This document shows positions 1 to 11,927 of a stretch of DNA of 32,000 nucleotides, piece by piece. The stretch is from positions 420,001 to 452,000 of the forward strand of contig MGBH01000001.1 of the NCBI GenBank assembly GCA_001790095.1, read 5' to 3'. This stretch comes from Candidatus Saccharimonadota bacterium. Lineage in GTDB: Bacteria > Patescibacteriota > Microgenomatia > UBA1406 > GWC2-37-13. The notes beneath the pieces were generated by a model that saw only the letters and a program-made list of their open reading frames with translations, ran no database searches and had not been told where the DNA came from. The number at the start of each line of letters is the position of its first letter. Within the stretch, counting starts at the first letter, position 1. The position numbers and the translations under genes were made by a program.

Positions 1-1
1 A

Positions 2-115
2 GGTATATATATTGACCGGTTTTTAGGGACAAAGCCCGTTGTAACATTGACATTGATTATGTGTGGAGGAATAGCGACATTTTACAATTTATTACGATTA
101 ATTAAAAAGAACTGA
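2..115 (+). CDS. AtpZ/AtpI-family small membrane protein, C-terminal part only (5' end cut by window edge)
   Basis: Frame-2 translation is GIYIDRFLGTKPVVTLTLIMCGGIATFYNLLRLIKKN*. It ends at TGA 113-115, 1 nt before the atpB ATG. The G..D...GT.P...G...G pattern and the position upstream of atpB fit the AtpZ/AtpI family. It is absent from the ORF track because no start codon lies in the window. Confidence 0.55.
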   Translation, partial: GIYIDRFLGTKPVVTLTLIMCGGIATFYNLLRLIKKN

Positions 116-116
116 T

Positions 117-854
117 ATGCCTGAAATCAGCATCAAAGCAGAAACAATAACCTCTCTTTTTGGTTTTCATCTTACCAATTCTCTGCTACTGTCATTTGTG
201 GGCGTTATTCTCATTTTTGTCATGGGAATAGCTTATCGGTCTCAGATAACCGCTTCCCAAAAAAGCGGTTTTTTTTATATTTTTAATGTTGTTTTAAAAA
301 ATATATATATATTATTCAAATCAGTATTAAACAATGATATCGCTTTCTTTTTTCCCCTTCTTGGTGCCTTTTTTCTTTGGGTAATGATTCAAAACTGGCT
401 CGGACTTCTTCCTGGAGTAGGCAGCTTACTTGTGGCAGTTAAAGAAGGAGAGCATACTCTACATGTTCCGCTTTTTCGAAGCAACAATGCAGATTTGAAT
501 GCAACGTTGGTTTTGGCACTAGTTTCGGTGGTTCTAACCCAGATATTTGGAATAAAGTTTGTTGGGTTTAGATCTTATATAAAAAAATTTATTGATATAT
601 CTAATCCTATTAATTTCTTTGTAGGAATTCTTGAGTTTGTTTCTGAAATTTCAAAGATTATATCTTTTGCATTCCGGTTATTTGGAAATATTTTTGCTGG
701 TGAGGTGCTTATGACCATTATCGCTTTTCTCGTTCCAGTTATTGCACCGTTCCCATTTCTTCTTCTTGAGGTGTTTGTTGGATTCATACAAGCGCTTGTA
801 TTTTCTATGTTATCAGCGGTCTTTTTAAGTATGGCGATTACAAAACACCATTAA
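117..854 (+). CDS. atpB: F0F1 ATP synthase subunit a
   Basis: 245 aa polytopic protein. It has the conserved subunit-a C-terminal region (FRLFGNIFAGE ... LEVFVGFIQALVFSMLS) and is the first gene of the atp operon. Confidence 0.93.
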   Translation: MPEISIKAETITSLFGFHLTNSLLLSFVGVILIFVMGIAYRSQITASQKSGFFYIFNVVLKNIYILFKSVLNNDIAFFFPLLGAFFLWVMIQNWLGLLPGVGSLLVAVKEGEHTLHVPLFRSNNADLNATLVLALVSVVLTQIFGIKFVGFRSYIKKFIDISNPINFFVGILEFVSEISKIISFAFRLFGNIFAGEVLMTIIAFLVPVIAPFPFLLLEVFVGFIQALVFSMLSAVFLSMAITKHH

Positions 855-878
855 AGTTTTTTATTTAGTAATTTCTAA

Positions 879-1133
<255 letters not shown>

Positions 1134-1138
1134 AAAGT

Positions 1139-1636
1139 ATGGATAAGTTAGGAGTTGATATAAAGCTGTTGGTGGCACAGCTAACGAACTTTGCGCTTTT
1201 TTTCTTTATATTTCAAAAGTTCATAGCAAAACCATTTCTACACTTTATAAAAAATGAAGAAAAAAAAGATAAAGAAAGAATAAAGTTTCAAGAAGAGATG
1301 TCCAATCAAAAAGAGCTTATGATCAAGGAGGAAGCGAAAAATAAAGAGGAACTAAACAAACAAGTAAAGAACATACTTGATGAAGCAAAAAAAGAAGCAG
1401 ACGTGATTAAGAAGAGTCTTATTGAACAAGCAAGAAAGGAAGCCGCAGACCTTGCACAAGATTCAAAAAAGCAGCTTGCTGAAGAGGCGCGCCTTATGGA
1501 CCAATCTCTTAAACGCAAAGCAGCAGATTTAAGCGTAATCTTAGTTAAACAGGCACTTAAGGATTATCTCAATGAAAATGCTCAGAAGGACATAACAAGC
1601 CAAATTCTTTCTCGTTTACCAAACCAACACAACTGA
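1139..1636 (+). CDS. atpF: F0F1 ATP synthase subunit b
   Basis: 165 aa with one N-terminal TM helix followed by a long charged K/E/A-rich helix. The operon position is also right. Confidence 0.88.
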   Translation: MDKLGVDIKLLVAQLTNFALFFFIFQKFIAKPFLHFIKNEEKKDKERIKFQEEMSNQKELMIKEEAKNKEELNKQVKNILDEAKKEADVIKKSLIEQARKEAADLAQDSKKQLAEEARLMDQSLKRKAADLSVILVKQALKDYLNENAQKDITSQILSRLPNQHN

Positions 1637-1637
1637 T

Positions 1638-1919
1638 ATGAATATAAATCCGCAGTTACAGTCTGTATTGCGCAAACATTTTGGGAAGGAACTTGATGAA
1701 ATACAGGATAAAGTACTTATCATAAGCGCTTACAAGCTTGCACCTGATGAAATAAACGCTATTGTTGCAAAATTCCCTCAGTGTCAAGGGAAAACTGTTG
1801 AGAATGAGGTTGATATAAGCATAATTGGCGGATTTGTAATTCATTTTGGTTCAAAACTTATTGATCTATCAGTCAAAACTTTATTACAAACGGTACAACA
1901 AAAACTATATGAAGAATAA
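1638..1919 (+). CDS. atpH: F0F1 ATP synthase subunit delta (OSCP), C-terminal domain only (93 aa)
   Basis: VDISIIGGFVIHFGSKLIDLSVKTLLQTVQQKL matches the conserved delta C-terminus (VD..LIGG....G....D.S....L). The gene sits between atpF and atpA. It is about half the usual length of roughly 180 aa. Confidence 0.8.
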   Translation: MNINPQLQSVLRKHFGKELDEIQDKVLIISAYKLAPDEINAIVAKFPQCQGKTVENEVDISIIGGFVIHFGSKLIDLSVKTLLQTVQQKLYEE

Positions 1920-3417
1920 TTTAGATGAATACATAAAAAAAGTCGAGACACAACTAACCTCCACATCATCAATCAAACCGTCCATGCTTGAGGTAGGTCG
2001 GGTTGAGGAAATCCGTGATGGTGTGGTAATAGCAAGCGGCCTTAACAATGCTTCATATGGTGAGGTTGTAGAGTTTGCAAGCGGCGTAAAAGGTTACATT
2101 ATAGATTTGACAGAAGATAGAGTAGGTATTATTGTATTGGGTGATTATTTGACCATTGCAGCAAATGATCAAATAAAAGCAGTCGGTTACACTCTTTCTG
2201 TACCAGTTTCAGACGATCTTTTAGGAAGAGTTGTAGATCCTCTCTGTAATCCTCAAGACGGTTTAGCTCCTATAAAGAGCGATCAAAACTTTCCTGTTGA
2301 AAAAATTGCGCCTACTGTTGTATATCGTAAGTCGGTAAGCGTACCTCTTTTAACAGGTATTAAAGCCATAGACGCTCTTATCCCAATAGGTCGTGGACAG
2401 CGTGAGTTGATCATTGGAGATAGAGGAACTGGTAAGACGACCATAGCTCTTGATACGATACTGAGTCAAAAAGGAGAAAACGTTATATGTATCTATGCTG
2501 GCGTCGGTCAGAAAAACTCAAAAATGGCACTCGTCATAGATCTTCTACGTAAACATAAAGCCTTAGATTATAGCGTGGTCGTAAATGCTTCAGCATCAGA
2601 TTCTGTATCAATGCAATATATAGCTCCCTATAGTGCTTGTGCAATTGGAGAGTACTTTATGTCGCAGGGAAAAGATGTGCTTGTGATATATGATGACTTG
2701 TCAAAGCATGCATGGGCATATCGTCAGATATCACTTATATTACGAAGACCAGCAGGAAGAGAAGCTTATCCTGGAGACATATTTTACCTTCATTCCCGTC
2801 TACTTGAAAGAGCTTGCCGAATTGACGATAAATATGGTGGGGGTTCTATTACTGCATTACCCATTGTTGAGACACTTGAAGGTGATATGTCAGCCTACAT
2901 TCCAACAAACATTATTTCTATCACAGATGGGCAAATATTTCTTGAGACAGATTTGTTTAATGCGGGAATAAGACCTGCCATAAACGTTGGTATTTCCGTC
3001 TCAAGAGTGGGTGGTAATGCTCAAGCAAAAGCGATGAAACAAGTAGCTGGTAAATTAAAACTTGATCTTGCCCAATACCGTGAGATGGCTGCTTTTTCTC
3101 AGTTTGAATCAGACCTTGATGAAGAAACAAAAAAATTGCTCAATAGAGGCGCGAAAGTTACACAAGTACTTAAACAGGATAAAAATAATCCTTACACTTT
3201 TGAAGAAGAAATTGTCATTCTTTGGGCAGCTTACCATGGATTACTTGACACAATACCTGCTACAGAGGTTGAGGTATTTGAGAAAAAACTTCTTGAGACA
3301 GTACATCTAAGAGGAAAAGAAATATTAGAATCAATTCGTAAGGAAAAAAACATATCTGCAGAAACAGAAAAAAAACTGGAAGCGTTAACAGGTGACTTTG
3401 TCCTGATTAACAAATAA
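1909..3417 (+). CDS. atpA: F0F1 ATP synthase subunit alpha
   Basis: Walker A GDRGTGKT and alpha-type motifs (REAYPGDIFYLHSRLLER, ITDGQIFL). The start is set at ATG 1909 (MKNNLDEY), overlapping the atpH end by 11 nt. The ORF-track start at 1846 would run deep into atpH. Confidence 0.95.
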   Translation: MKNNLDEYIKKVETQLTSTSSIKPSMLEVGRVEEIRDGVVIASGLNNASYGEVVEFASGVKGYIIDLTEDRVGIIVLGDYLTIAANDQIKAVGYTLSVPVSDDLLGRVVDPLCNPQDGLAPIKSDQNFPVEKIAPTVVYRKSVSVPLLTGIKAIDALIPIGRGQRELIIGDRGTGKTTIALDTILSQKGENVICIYAGVGQKNSKMALVIDLLRKHKALDYSVVVNASASDSVSMQYIAPYSACAIGEYFMSQGKDVLVIYDDLSKHAWAYRQISLILRRPAGREAYPGDIFYLHSRLLERACRIDDKYGGGSITALPIVETLEGDMSAYIPTNIISITDGQIFLETDLFNAGIRPAINVGISVSRVGGNAQAKAMKQVAGKLKLDLAQYREMAAFSQFESDLDEETKKLLNRGAKVTQVLKQDKNNPYTFEEEIVILWAAYHGLLDTIPATEVEVFEKKLLETVHLRGKEILESIRKEKNISAETEKKLEALTGDFVLINK

Positions 3418-3427
3418 TTAAGCCCTT

Positions 3428-5679
<2,252 letters not shown>

Positions 5680-5708
5680 AAGGACTTTAAATATTACGTA
5701 AAGATGAT

Positions 5709-6134
5709 ATGGCAGTATTACACTTGAAAATCATAACTCCTAAGAGAGTTGCGCTGGAAAAAGAGGTAGAGAAGATAACAGTGCCGTCAACATCAGGTGA
5801 GATTACTATTTTACCAAAACATGCTTTTTTATTTACTCTTCTTAGTGAGGGTATTGTTCGATATAAAACTGGGCGAGAAGATGAATATTTGGCCATAGGT
5901 GGAGGGTATCTGGAAACAGATGGTGAGAGAGTGGAGTTATTGGTTACTCGCGCATATGGTCAGGACGCTATAGATCAGGCAGCGACAGAAAAGGCTATAG
6001 AACATGCGAAAGTTGAGATGAAAACACCAAAAGACAAACAGCAGTTAAAAGAGGTGTCGTCATTGTTACGCAAATCACTTATTGATATGAAGCTGCTTAA
6101 GAAAAAAGCTCCAAAGACATTTTCAGAACATTAG
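5709..6134 (+). CDS. atpC: F0F1 ATP synthase subunit epsilon
   Basis: 141 aa and last gene of the operon. The N-terminal beta-sandwich pattern is present (LKIITP ... VPSTSGEITILPKHA). Confidence 0.88.
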   Translation: MAVLHLKIITPKRVALEKEVEKITVPSTSGEITILPKHAFLFTLLSEGIVRYKTGREDEYLAIGGGYLETDGERVELLVTRAYGQDAIDQAATEKAIEHAKVEMKTPKDKQQLKEVSSLLRKSLIDMKLLKKKAPKTFSEH

Positions 6135-6189
6135 GTATTTTGCGGTTAATTAGTCACCTGTTTCGTATTATATGTTATATGATTAAATA

Positions 6190-8223
6190 ATGGCTCTCAT
6201 AATTGTAGAATCACCTACTAAAGCACGTACTTTTAACCGTATCTTAAAAGGAAAAGAGCATTATGTATTTGCTACTTTAGGACATATTCGTGATCTTCCA
6301 CCACAGGAAATAGCTATCAACTATCAAAATCAGTTTGAACCAATGTATCAGGAGATACTTAAGAAGAAAAAAGTGATTGATCAACTTCTTGAGCTAGCCA
6401 AGAAAAATGACGAGATTATCCTTGCAACCGATCTTGACCGCGAAGGTGAGTCAATAGCATATCATGTTGCCTATATCTTGGGCTTTATAAAGGAAACTTG
6501 GCCGGATTTTTCTATACAAGACAACACCCATAGGTTAAGTCGCATTGTATTTCATGAAATTACCCCAAAGGCACTTGAGGAAGCTCTTAAAGATCGTCAT
6601 GAACTTCGTATCAAACTCGTTGAGGCACAACAAGCAAGACGTATACTTGATCGTATGGTGGGTTATGAGTTATCACCACTCCTTTGGAAAAAAACGGGAA
6701 AAAACTGGCTTTCTGCAGGACGTGTCCAAACAGTTGCGTTGCGGCTTATTGTAGAACGCGAGAAAGAAAGAAGAGCGTTTAAGGTAGAAGAATATTTTCA
6801 GATCTATGGATTGTTTATGCAAGGTGAAGAGTTTAAGGGCAAACTCATTAAAAAAGATGATCTTTCTTATGAAATTACCCAAAAAATAGATTTGTATGCA
6901 GGTGAGTATGAGTTTACTAAGACAAGCATTACCAAAGATAACGTAGAAAGTATAAAGACAGATCTACAAACCGATACATACGAGATCCAGGAAACAACGG
7001 AAGAAACAATCAAACGCTATCCGCCCCCACCATATAGCACCTCACTTCTGCAGCAAGACGCATTTTTTAAATATGGATTTTCTTCAAAGATGGTGATGAG
7101 ACTGGCGCAAGATCTATATGAAAGAGGGTTTATTACCTATCACCGTACTGATTCTTTTAATCTTTCCACTCAGTTTGTGTTTAGAGCAAAGGATTACATT
7201 GAAGCAACTTATGGAAAGGAATATACTCTTGAAAAACCTCGAGGATATAGAACCAAATCACGAATGGCACAAGAAGCTCATGAAGCAATACGTCCGACCA
7301 AGCTTGAAGGCGAAAATATTTTAGATAAGTCAAAAGATAAAAGAATAACTATTAATCATAAAAAGCTTTACAAACTTATATTTGCACGGGCGGTTGGAAC
7401 CCAGATGAAAGAAGCTGAAATCAAGGTTGTAAAAATCTTTATTTTATCGAGTAAAAAATACCTTTTTGAGTCAAGCTCACAACAGGTATTGTTTGACGGC
7501 TTTTTACGTATTTTGAATCCTGATTTTGTGAACCAGAACACACGTGCCATCTCCTTGACCAAAGGTTCAAAAGTTACCTTGAAAGAACTTGAACCCAAAG
7601 AATTAAAGACGACCCCCCCTTATCGATATAACGAAGCAACTCTTATTCGAATTCTTGAAGAAAAAGGAATAGGAAGACCATCTACCTATGCTCCCATAAT
7701 CTCTCTCATCCAGGAAAAAGGCTATGTTGATAAAGAGGGTAGGTACTTCATGCCAACAAAACTTGGCGAACCAATATCAGACTATTTATCAAAGAGCTTT
7801 CCTCAACTTTTCAATCTTGAGTTTACATCGCATATGGAAGAAGGTTTGGATGAGATAGCTGAAGGAAAAAAAACCGCAGTCTCAATATTAAGCGAAGTGT
7901 ATGTTCCTTTTAAAACCCAACTTGATGTGCAAAAAAATGATACAAGCTCCGTTGAGATAAAAGAAGAAACCACAGAGGCATGTCCAAACTGTGGAAAACC
8001 ACTTATTATACGATACTCCCGATTTGGAAAATTTTATGCTTGTAGTGGCTATCCTGCTTGTAAAACCACAAAATCATTTCTCAAAAAAGTTGCTGGAAAG
8101 ACCTGTCCAAAATGCAAAGGAGATATAGTTGTCAAATATTCCAAAAATAAAAAACGCTTTTATGGCTGTTCGAATTATCCAAAATGTAACTACAGTAGTT
8201 GGACAGTAAAAGGTATTGTCTAG
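6190..8223 (+). CDS. topA: DNA topoisomerase I (type IA)
   Basis: TOPRIM start IIVESPTKA, active-site tyrosine context GFITYHRTDS, and two C-terminal C4 zinc ribbons (CPNCG...CSGYPAC and CPKCK...CSNYPKC). Confidence 0.95.
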   Translation: MALIIVESPTKARTFNRILKGKEHYVFATLGHIRDLPPQEIAINYQNQFEPMYQEILKKKKVIDQLLELAKKNDEIILATDLDREGESIAYHVAYILGFIKETWPDFSIQDNTHRLSRIVFHEITPKALEEALKDRHELRIKLVEAQQARRILDRMVGYELSPLLWKKTGKNWLSAGRVQTVALRLIVEREKERRAFKVEEYFQIYGLFMQGEEFKGKLIKKDDLSYEITQKIDLYAGEYEFTKTSITKDNVESIKTDLQTDTYEIQETTEETIKRYPPPPYSTSLLQQDAFFKYGFSSKMVMRLAQDLYERGFITYHRTDSFNLSTQFVFRAKDYIEATYGKEYTLEKPRGYRTKSRMAQEAHEAIRPTKLEGENILDKSKDKRITINHKKLYKLIFARAVGTQMKEAEIKVVKIFILSSKKYLFESSSQQVLFDGFLRILNPDFVNQNTRAISLTKGSKVTLKELEPKELKTTPPYRYNEATLIRILEEKGIGRPSTYAPIISLIQEKGYVDKEGRYFMPTKLGEPISDYLSKSFPQLFNLEFTSHMEEGLDEIAEGKKTAVSILSEVYVPFKTQLDVQKNDTSSVEIKEETTEACPNCGKPLIIRYSRFGKFYACSGYPACKTTKSFLKKVAGKTCPKCKGDIVVKYSKNKKRFYGCSNYPKCNYSSWTVKGIV

Positions 8224-8225
8224 TT

Positions 8226-8234
8226 TGATATATT
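8226..8234 (+). promoter_or_regulatory. extended -10 (TGATATATT) 6 nt upstream of the pyrG ATG
   Basis: TGn + TATATT, then 6 nt, then ATG 8241. Confidence 0.35.
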
Positions 8235-8240
8235 TAATAC

Positions 8241-9887
8241 ATGAATCTTAAATATATATTTATCTCAGGAGGAGTGATCTCAGGTATTGGTAAGGGTATT
8301 ACGTCTGCCTCTATTGCTTACCTATTACAGTCTGCGGGTTTTAGAGTTACTCCAATTAAGTTTGAAGGGTATCTTAATATAGATGCTGGCACCATTAATC
8401 CAATCGAACACGGTGATCCTTTTTTGTGTGAAGACGGAACAGAGGCAGATATGGACATTGGTACGTATGAGAAGTTTTTGGGACGTAACATGAGTAGAGA
8501 TAACTTTGTCACCATGGGCCAAGTTTATCAACATATTATAGAAAAAGAACGTAGGTTTGAATATGGAGGGGAAGACGTTGAAGCTGTTCATATATGTGGC
8601 GAGATAATAGAACGAATACAAAAAGTGGGCAAAAAAGACAATGCAGAAATAGTACTTATTGAACTGGGTGGTACGGCTGGGGAGTATTGGAATGTTTTTT
8701 TTTATGAGGCATCGCGTATACTTACTCTTCAGAATCCGGATGATGTAATCCACATACATGTAAGCTATGTACCAACCCCTGAGCATTTAGGAGAGCCAAA
8801 GACCAAGCCAACGCAACTTTCAGTTCGAACCCTTAACTCTCTTGGTGTCCAACCTGATTTTATTGTTGCAAGAAGTAAAACCTATATTGACAAACGCAGG
8901 AGAGACAGATTTGCGCTTTTTTGCAATGTACGCGGAGAGGACATAATCTCCAATCCAGATGTAAAAAGCGTTTATGAAATCCCACATATTTTACATGAGC
9001 AGTCTTTGGACAAAAAAATACTCAAAAAGTTAGGTTTACCGGAAAAAGCATCAGACTTAACGAAGCTACATCAGCTTATCAAAAGTATTAATTCGCCAAA
9101 GAGTAAATCGATGGTGATAGCCATAGTTGGCAAATATTTTGGTACAGGTGACTATCAGTTACAAGATTCATATGCCGCCCTCTTTGACGCACTCAATCAT
9201 GCTTCATGGAGAGTGGGTGTAGAGATAAAAACAAAGTGGATAGACGCTGAAGAGGTAGAAAAACACGGAACTGCAATAATTGGAAAGCCTGATGGGATCA
9301 TTGTTCCCATAGGTTGGGGAGAAAGAGGGGCGGAGGGTATGATCTCCTCTGCAAATTATGCTAGAGAACAAAAAATACCCTATCTTGGACTCTGTTATGG
9401 TATGCAGCTTGCCGTAGTTGCGTTTGCTAGAAATGTCCTGCAGCTCAAAGATGCAAATACAACAGAAAACGCACTAAATACTCTTCATCCGGTGATACAT
9501 ATCATACCCAAACAAGATCGGCTGATTGCAAAGCGTGCCTACGGAGGTACTATGAGGCTTGGAGGATGGGAGGCACAAATAAAAAAAGATACTCTTGCCT
9601 ACCACATATATAAGGAACATAAAGCCTTTACAGATGAGTCAAAAGACATGACAAACGAAAGACATAGGCATAGATGGGAGTTTAATAACGCTTATAGAGA
9701 GCAGTTTGAAAGTCATGGTCTTGTTATATCTGCAAGATCTAAAGCTGAAGGTTTGGTTGAGATTGTCGAACTTCCACAGTCAATACATCCGTTTTATCTG
9801 GGGACTCAAGGTCATCCTGAATACAAAAGCAGTCCTTGGAATCCTCACCCTATCTTTTTGGCATTTCTTGAGGCTTGTAAAAGTTAA
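8241..9887 (+). CDS. pyrG: CTP synthase
   Basis: N-terminal synthetase motif (GGVISGIGKGITSAS) and a C-terminal class-I glutamine amidotransferase domain with GLCYGMQL and HPE. Confidence 0.96.
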   Translation: MNLKYIFISGGVISGIGKGITSASIAYLLQSAGFRVTPIKFEGYLNIDAGTINPIEHGDPFLCEDGTEADMDIGTYEKFLGRNMSRDNFVTMGQVYQHIIEKERRFEYGGEDVEAVHICGEIIERIQKVGKKDNAEIVLIELGGTAGEYWNVFFYEASRILTLQNPDDVIHIHVSYVPTPEHLGEPKTKPTQLSVRTLNSLGVQPDFIVARSKTYIDKRRRDRFALFCNVRGEDIISNPDVKSVYEIPHILHEQSLDKKILKKLGLPEKASDLTKLHQLIKSINSPKSKSMVIAIVGKYFGTGDYQLQDSYAALFDALNHASWRVGVEIKTKWIDAEEVEKHGTAIIGKPDGIIVPIGWGERGAEGMISSANYAREQKIPYLGLCYGMQLAVVAFARNVLQLKDANTTENALNTLHPVIHIIPKQDRLIAKRAYGGTMRLGGWEAQIKKDTLAYHIYKEHKAFTDESKDMTNERHRHRWEFNNAYREQFESHGLVISARSKAEGLVEIVELPQSIHPFYLGTQGHPEYKSSPWNPHPIFLAFLEACKS

Positions 9888-9894
9888 AATGAGA

Positions 9895-9903
9895 TGATAC
9901 AAT
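9895..9903 (+). promoter_or_regulatory. extended -10 (TGATACAAT) 5 nt upstream of the rplS ATG
   Basis: TGn + TACAAT, then 5 nt, then ATG 9909. Confidence 0.35.
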
Positions 9904-9908
9904 AACAT

Positions 9909-10241
9909 ATGGCAAATTCAATACCGTTTAGAGACATTTCACTGCATATCGGTGATACGCTAAATATTACCTATAAATTTAAAGATGGTGAAAAAGAACG
10001 TCAACAGCTTTTTAAGGGTATTCTTTTAAAGATATCTGGAAGCACTAGTGAAAACCGCATGATCACAGTAAGAAAAATATCCAAAATCGGTATAGGGGTT
10101 GAGCGCATTATTCCACTTCTCTCCCCAAGCCTCGTTGAAGTCAAGGTAGTAAAAAACAGCTCATATACAAAGTCTAAACTGTATTTTGTCCGCTCCCTTA
10201 CCGAAGCTGAGGTCAAACGAAAACTTTATAGTAAAAAATGA
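9909..10241 (+). CDS. rplS: 50S ribosomal protein L19
   Basis: IGDTLNITYKFKDGEKERQQLFKGILL ... ITVRKIS.IGIGVERIIPL ... KLYFVR matches the L19 consensus. Confidence 0.93.
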   Translation: MANSIPFRDISLHIGDTLNITYKFKDGEKERQQLFKGILLKISGSTSENRMITVRKISKIGIGVERIIPLLSPSLVEVKVVKNSSYTKSKLYFVRSLTEAEVKRKLYSKK

Positions 10242-10603
10242 TGCCTTCCTCAACTCAAGTCGGTAAACTTGGAGAGAAAATAGCAACAGATTTCTTAACT
10301 ACTAAGGGCTTCATGATCAAAGAAAGAAACTTTCGAACTAAATCTGGTGAGATAGATATAATTGCCCAAAAAGATCGTACCATTTTTTTTATAGAAGTAA
10401 AGACCCGCGTGGGTATTAAAAAAGGCAAGCCTTACGAGTCTGTAACTCCTCGCAAACTATCTCATTTAAAACATACATCAGAGCTTTATGTCTTGCAAAA
10501 CAATCTTAAAACGTATAAACTATCTTTGAACGTAATCTCTATAATCTTAAGTAAAGATCAGAAGGTGCAAAAATTAGACTATTTTGACGATGTCATGTTA
10601 TAA
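10238..10603 (+). CDS. yraN: YraN-family (UPF0102) endonuclease-like protein
   Basis: GE.IA..FL...GF.I..RNFR...GEIDIIA ... FIEVKTR pattern. Its start overlaps the rplS stop (ATGA). Confidence 0.85.
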   Translation: MMPSSTQVGKLGEKIATDFLTTKGFMIKERNFRTKSGEIDIIAQKDRTIFFIEVKTRVGIKKGKPYESVTPRKLSHLKHTSELYVLQNNLKTYKLSLNVISIILSKDQKVQKLDYFDDVML

Positions 10604-10618
10604 ATTAAAAATTAATCC

Positions 10619-11272
10619 ATGTTTGAGACAACGAATGATGTTTTAATACGTTTCTGGATCAAGTTTATAAACTACATTCCTGACTTTTTTGGCGGGCTTC
10701 TCATTTTGCTTATCGGTTTATTTGTGTCAACGGTACTCAAGAAAATTCTTCTTACCATACTTGCTTTTTTTCGCGTTGATGCACTATTAAATAGAACTAG
10801 GCTTGCAACTCAAAAAGAAGTTCGACTGTGGCAAGAGGTACTTACGGAACTTGTCAAATGGACGATAATAATACTATTCCTTATTCCAACTCTTGAGACA
10901 TGGGGACTTTCTAAAGCTACATCTGTACTAAATCAATTCTTATTTTATCTGCCCAACGTCATTGTGGCAGTTGTCATAGGGTTTGTTGGCATCATTATCT
11001 CAAATCTTGCGTCAGATTTAGTAAAGCATAGCGTCAATTCCTTAGGGGCAACTTCAGCCAATACCTTAAGTGCTTTTTCCAAATCTACCATAGTTTTTTT
11101 TACGATACTTATCATGATGAATCAGTTGGGAGTTGCCCAAGACCTTATACGTATCTTCTTTACGGGAATTGTAGCTATGATAGCCATAGCCGGGGGACTT
11201 GCATTTGGTTTAGGAGGAAAAGACGTAGCTCGCGATTTACTTGAGGATTTAAAGAAAAAGCTAGGTAAATAA
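10619..11272 (+). CDS. membrane protein with conserved TM-helix repeats (mechanosensitive-channel-related family)
   Basis: 217 aa. The unit IPDFFGGLLILLIGLFVSTVLKK is repeated (compare LPNVIVAVVIGFVGIIISNLASD), as in TM_helix-repeat proteins. Confidence 0.7.
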   Translation: MFETTNDVLIRFWIKFINYIPDFFGGLLILLIGLFVSTVLKKILLTILAFFRVDALLNRTRLATQKEVRLWQEVLTELVKWTIIILFLIPTLETWGLSKATSVLNQFLFYLPNVIVAVVIGFVGIIISNLASDLVKHSVNSLGATSANTLSAFSKSTIVFFTILIMMNQLGVAQDLIRIFFTGIVAMIAIAGGLAFGLGGKDVARDLLEDLKKKLGK

Positions 11273-11279
11273 GTGAAAA

Positions 11280-11915
11280 TTAGTCAAAGTATGTACTCAA
11301 ACGGATAAATGACTGTGAGCTTACATCAAACCAAAATGAAACTTTCTGGCCTTGCTTTTTTGAAACGGTGTTTACCACTACTAAAACAGAGTCTGCCCAT
11401 CCAGTGACGTCTGTAATAGCAAAGTCTGGTACTTGTTCTGAAAATAACTCCTGTATATTTATATATTGCTTGTCTGGGTAGAGAGGGTTGCCAGATGAGG
11501 CAAAAACATAATAATTATTAATGGTGGGAGTCGATTCTTTCAAGAATACATATTTATTGTCAGGAGACCATGCATTGTAGGGAATAGACAGATTTTCTGT
11601 ATCATCCACCTCCTTATTAAATATAGTTTTTTGATCCGACTGCAAACCTATGGTATAGAAAAAATATTTCGTTGGCAAGCCGCTTTGCTGTTGTTTTTCC
11701 ATTGTTAAAGTGATCGTACCATCGGGTGAATCCATAATAGAGGTCTGTATAGGTGAAGCTAAAGTTTTGGTTGGTTGAATAATCTGAGTAGGCAAAACAC
11801 CTGAGAACATCCGTCTTGTATTTACCTTATTAGTTTGTAACAACACAAAAAGACCAAGGGCTGTACCTAAACTGATGATAAAAAGCATCTCCAGTTGCTG
11901 TCGTATAGTATGCAT
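11280..11915 (-). CDS. hypothetical membrane-anchored or exported protein
   Basis: 211 aa with an N-terminal TM/signal segment. It carries a single WSPDNKYVF motif, reminiscent of a beta-propeller blade. It lies 12 nt downstream of the L,D-transpeptidase gene on the same strand. Confidence 0.6.
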   Translation of the reverse strand: MHTIRQQLEMLFIISLGTALGLFVLLQTNKVNTRRMFSGVLPTQIIQPTKTLASPIQTSIMDSPDGTITLTMEKQQQSGLPTKYFFYTIGLQSDQKTIFNKEVDDTENLSIPYNAWSPDNKYVFLKESTPTINNYYVFASSGNPLYPDKQYINIQELFSEQVPDFAITDVTGWADSVLVVVNTVSKKQGQKVSFWFDVSSQSFIRLSTYFD

Positions 11916-11927
11916 ATACAGATTTGA

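Noticed and set aside
1139-1919. A b-delta fusion broken by a frameshift, as an explanation for the short atpH
   Set aside because: atpF has a normal length (165 aa) and a normal C-terminus. atpF and atpH are in different frames and 1 nt apart. No remnant of an OSCP N-terminal domain appears in any frame.
11272-11280. Convergent genes ending 7 nt apart (10619..11272+ and 11280..11915-) with a possible shared bidirectional terminator
   Set aside because: No hairpin can form in or around the 7-nt gap. This looks like simple genome compaction.
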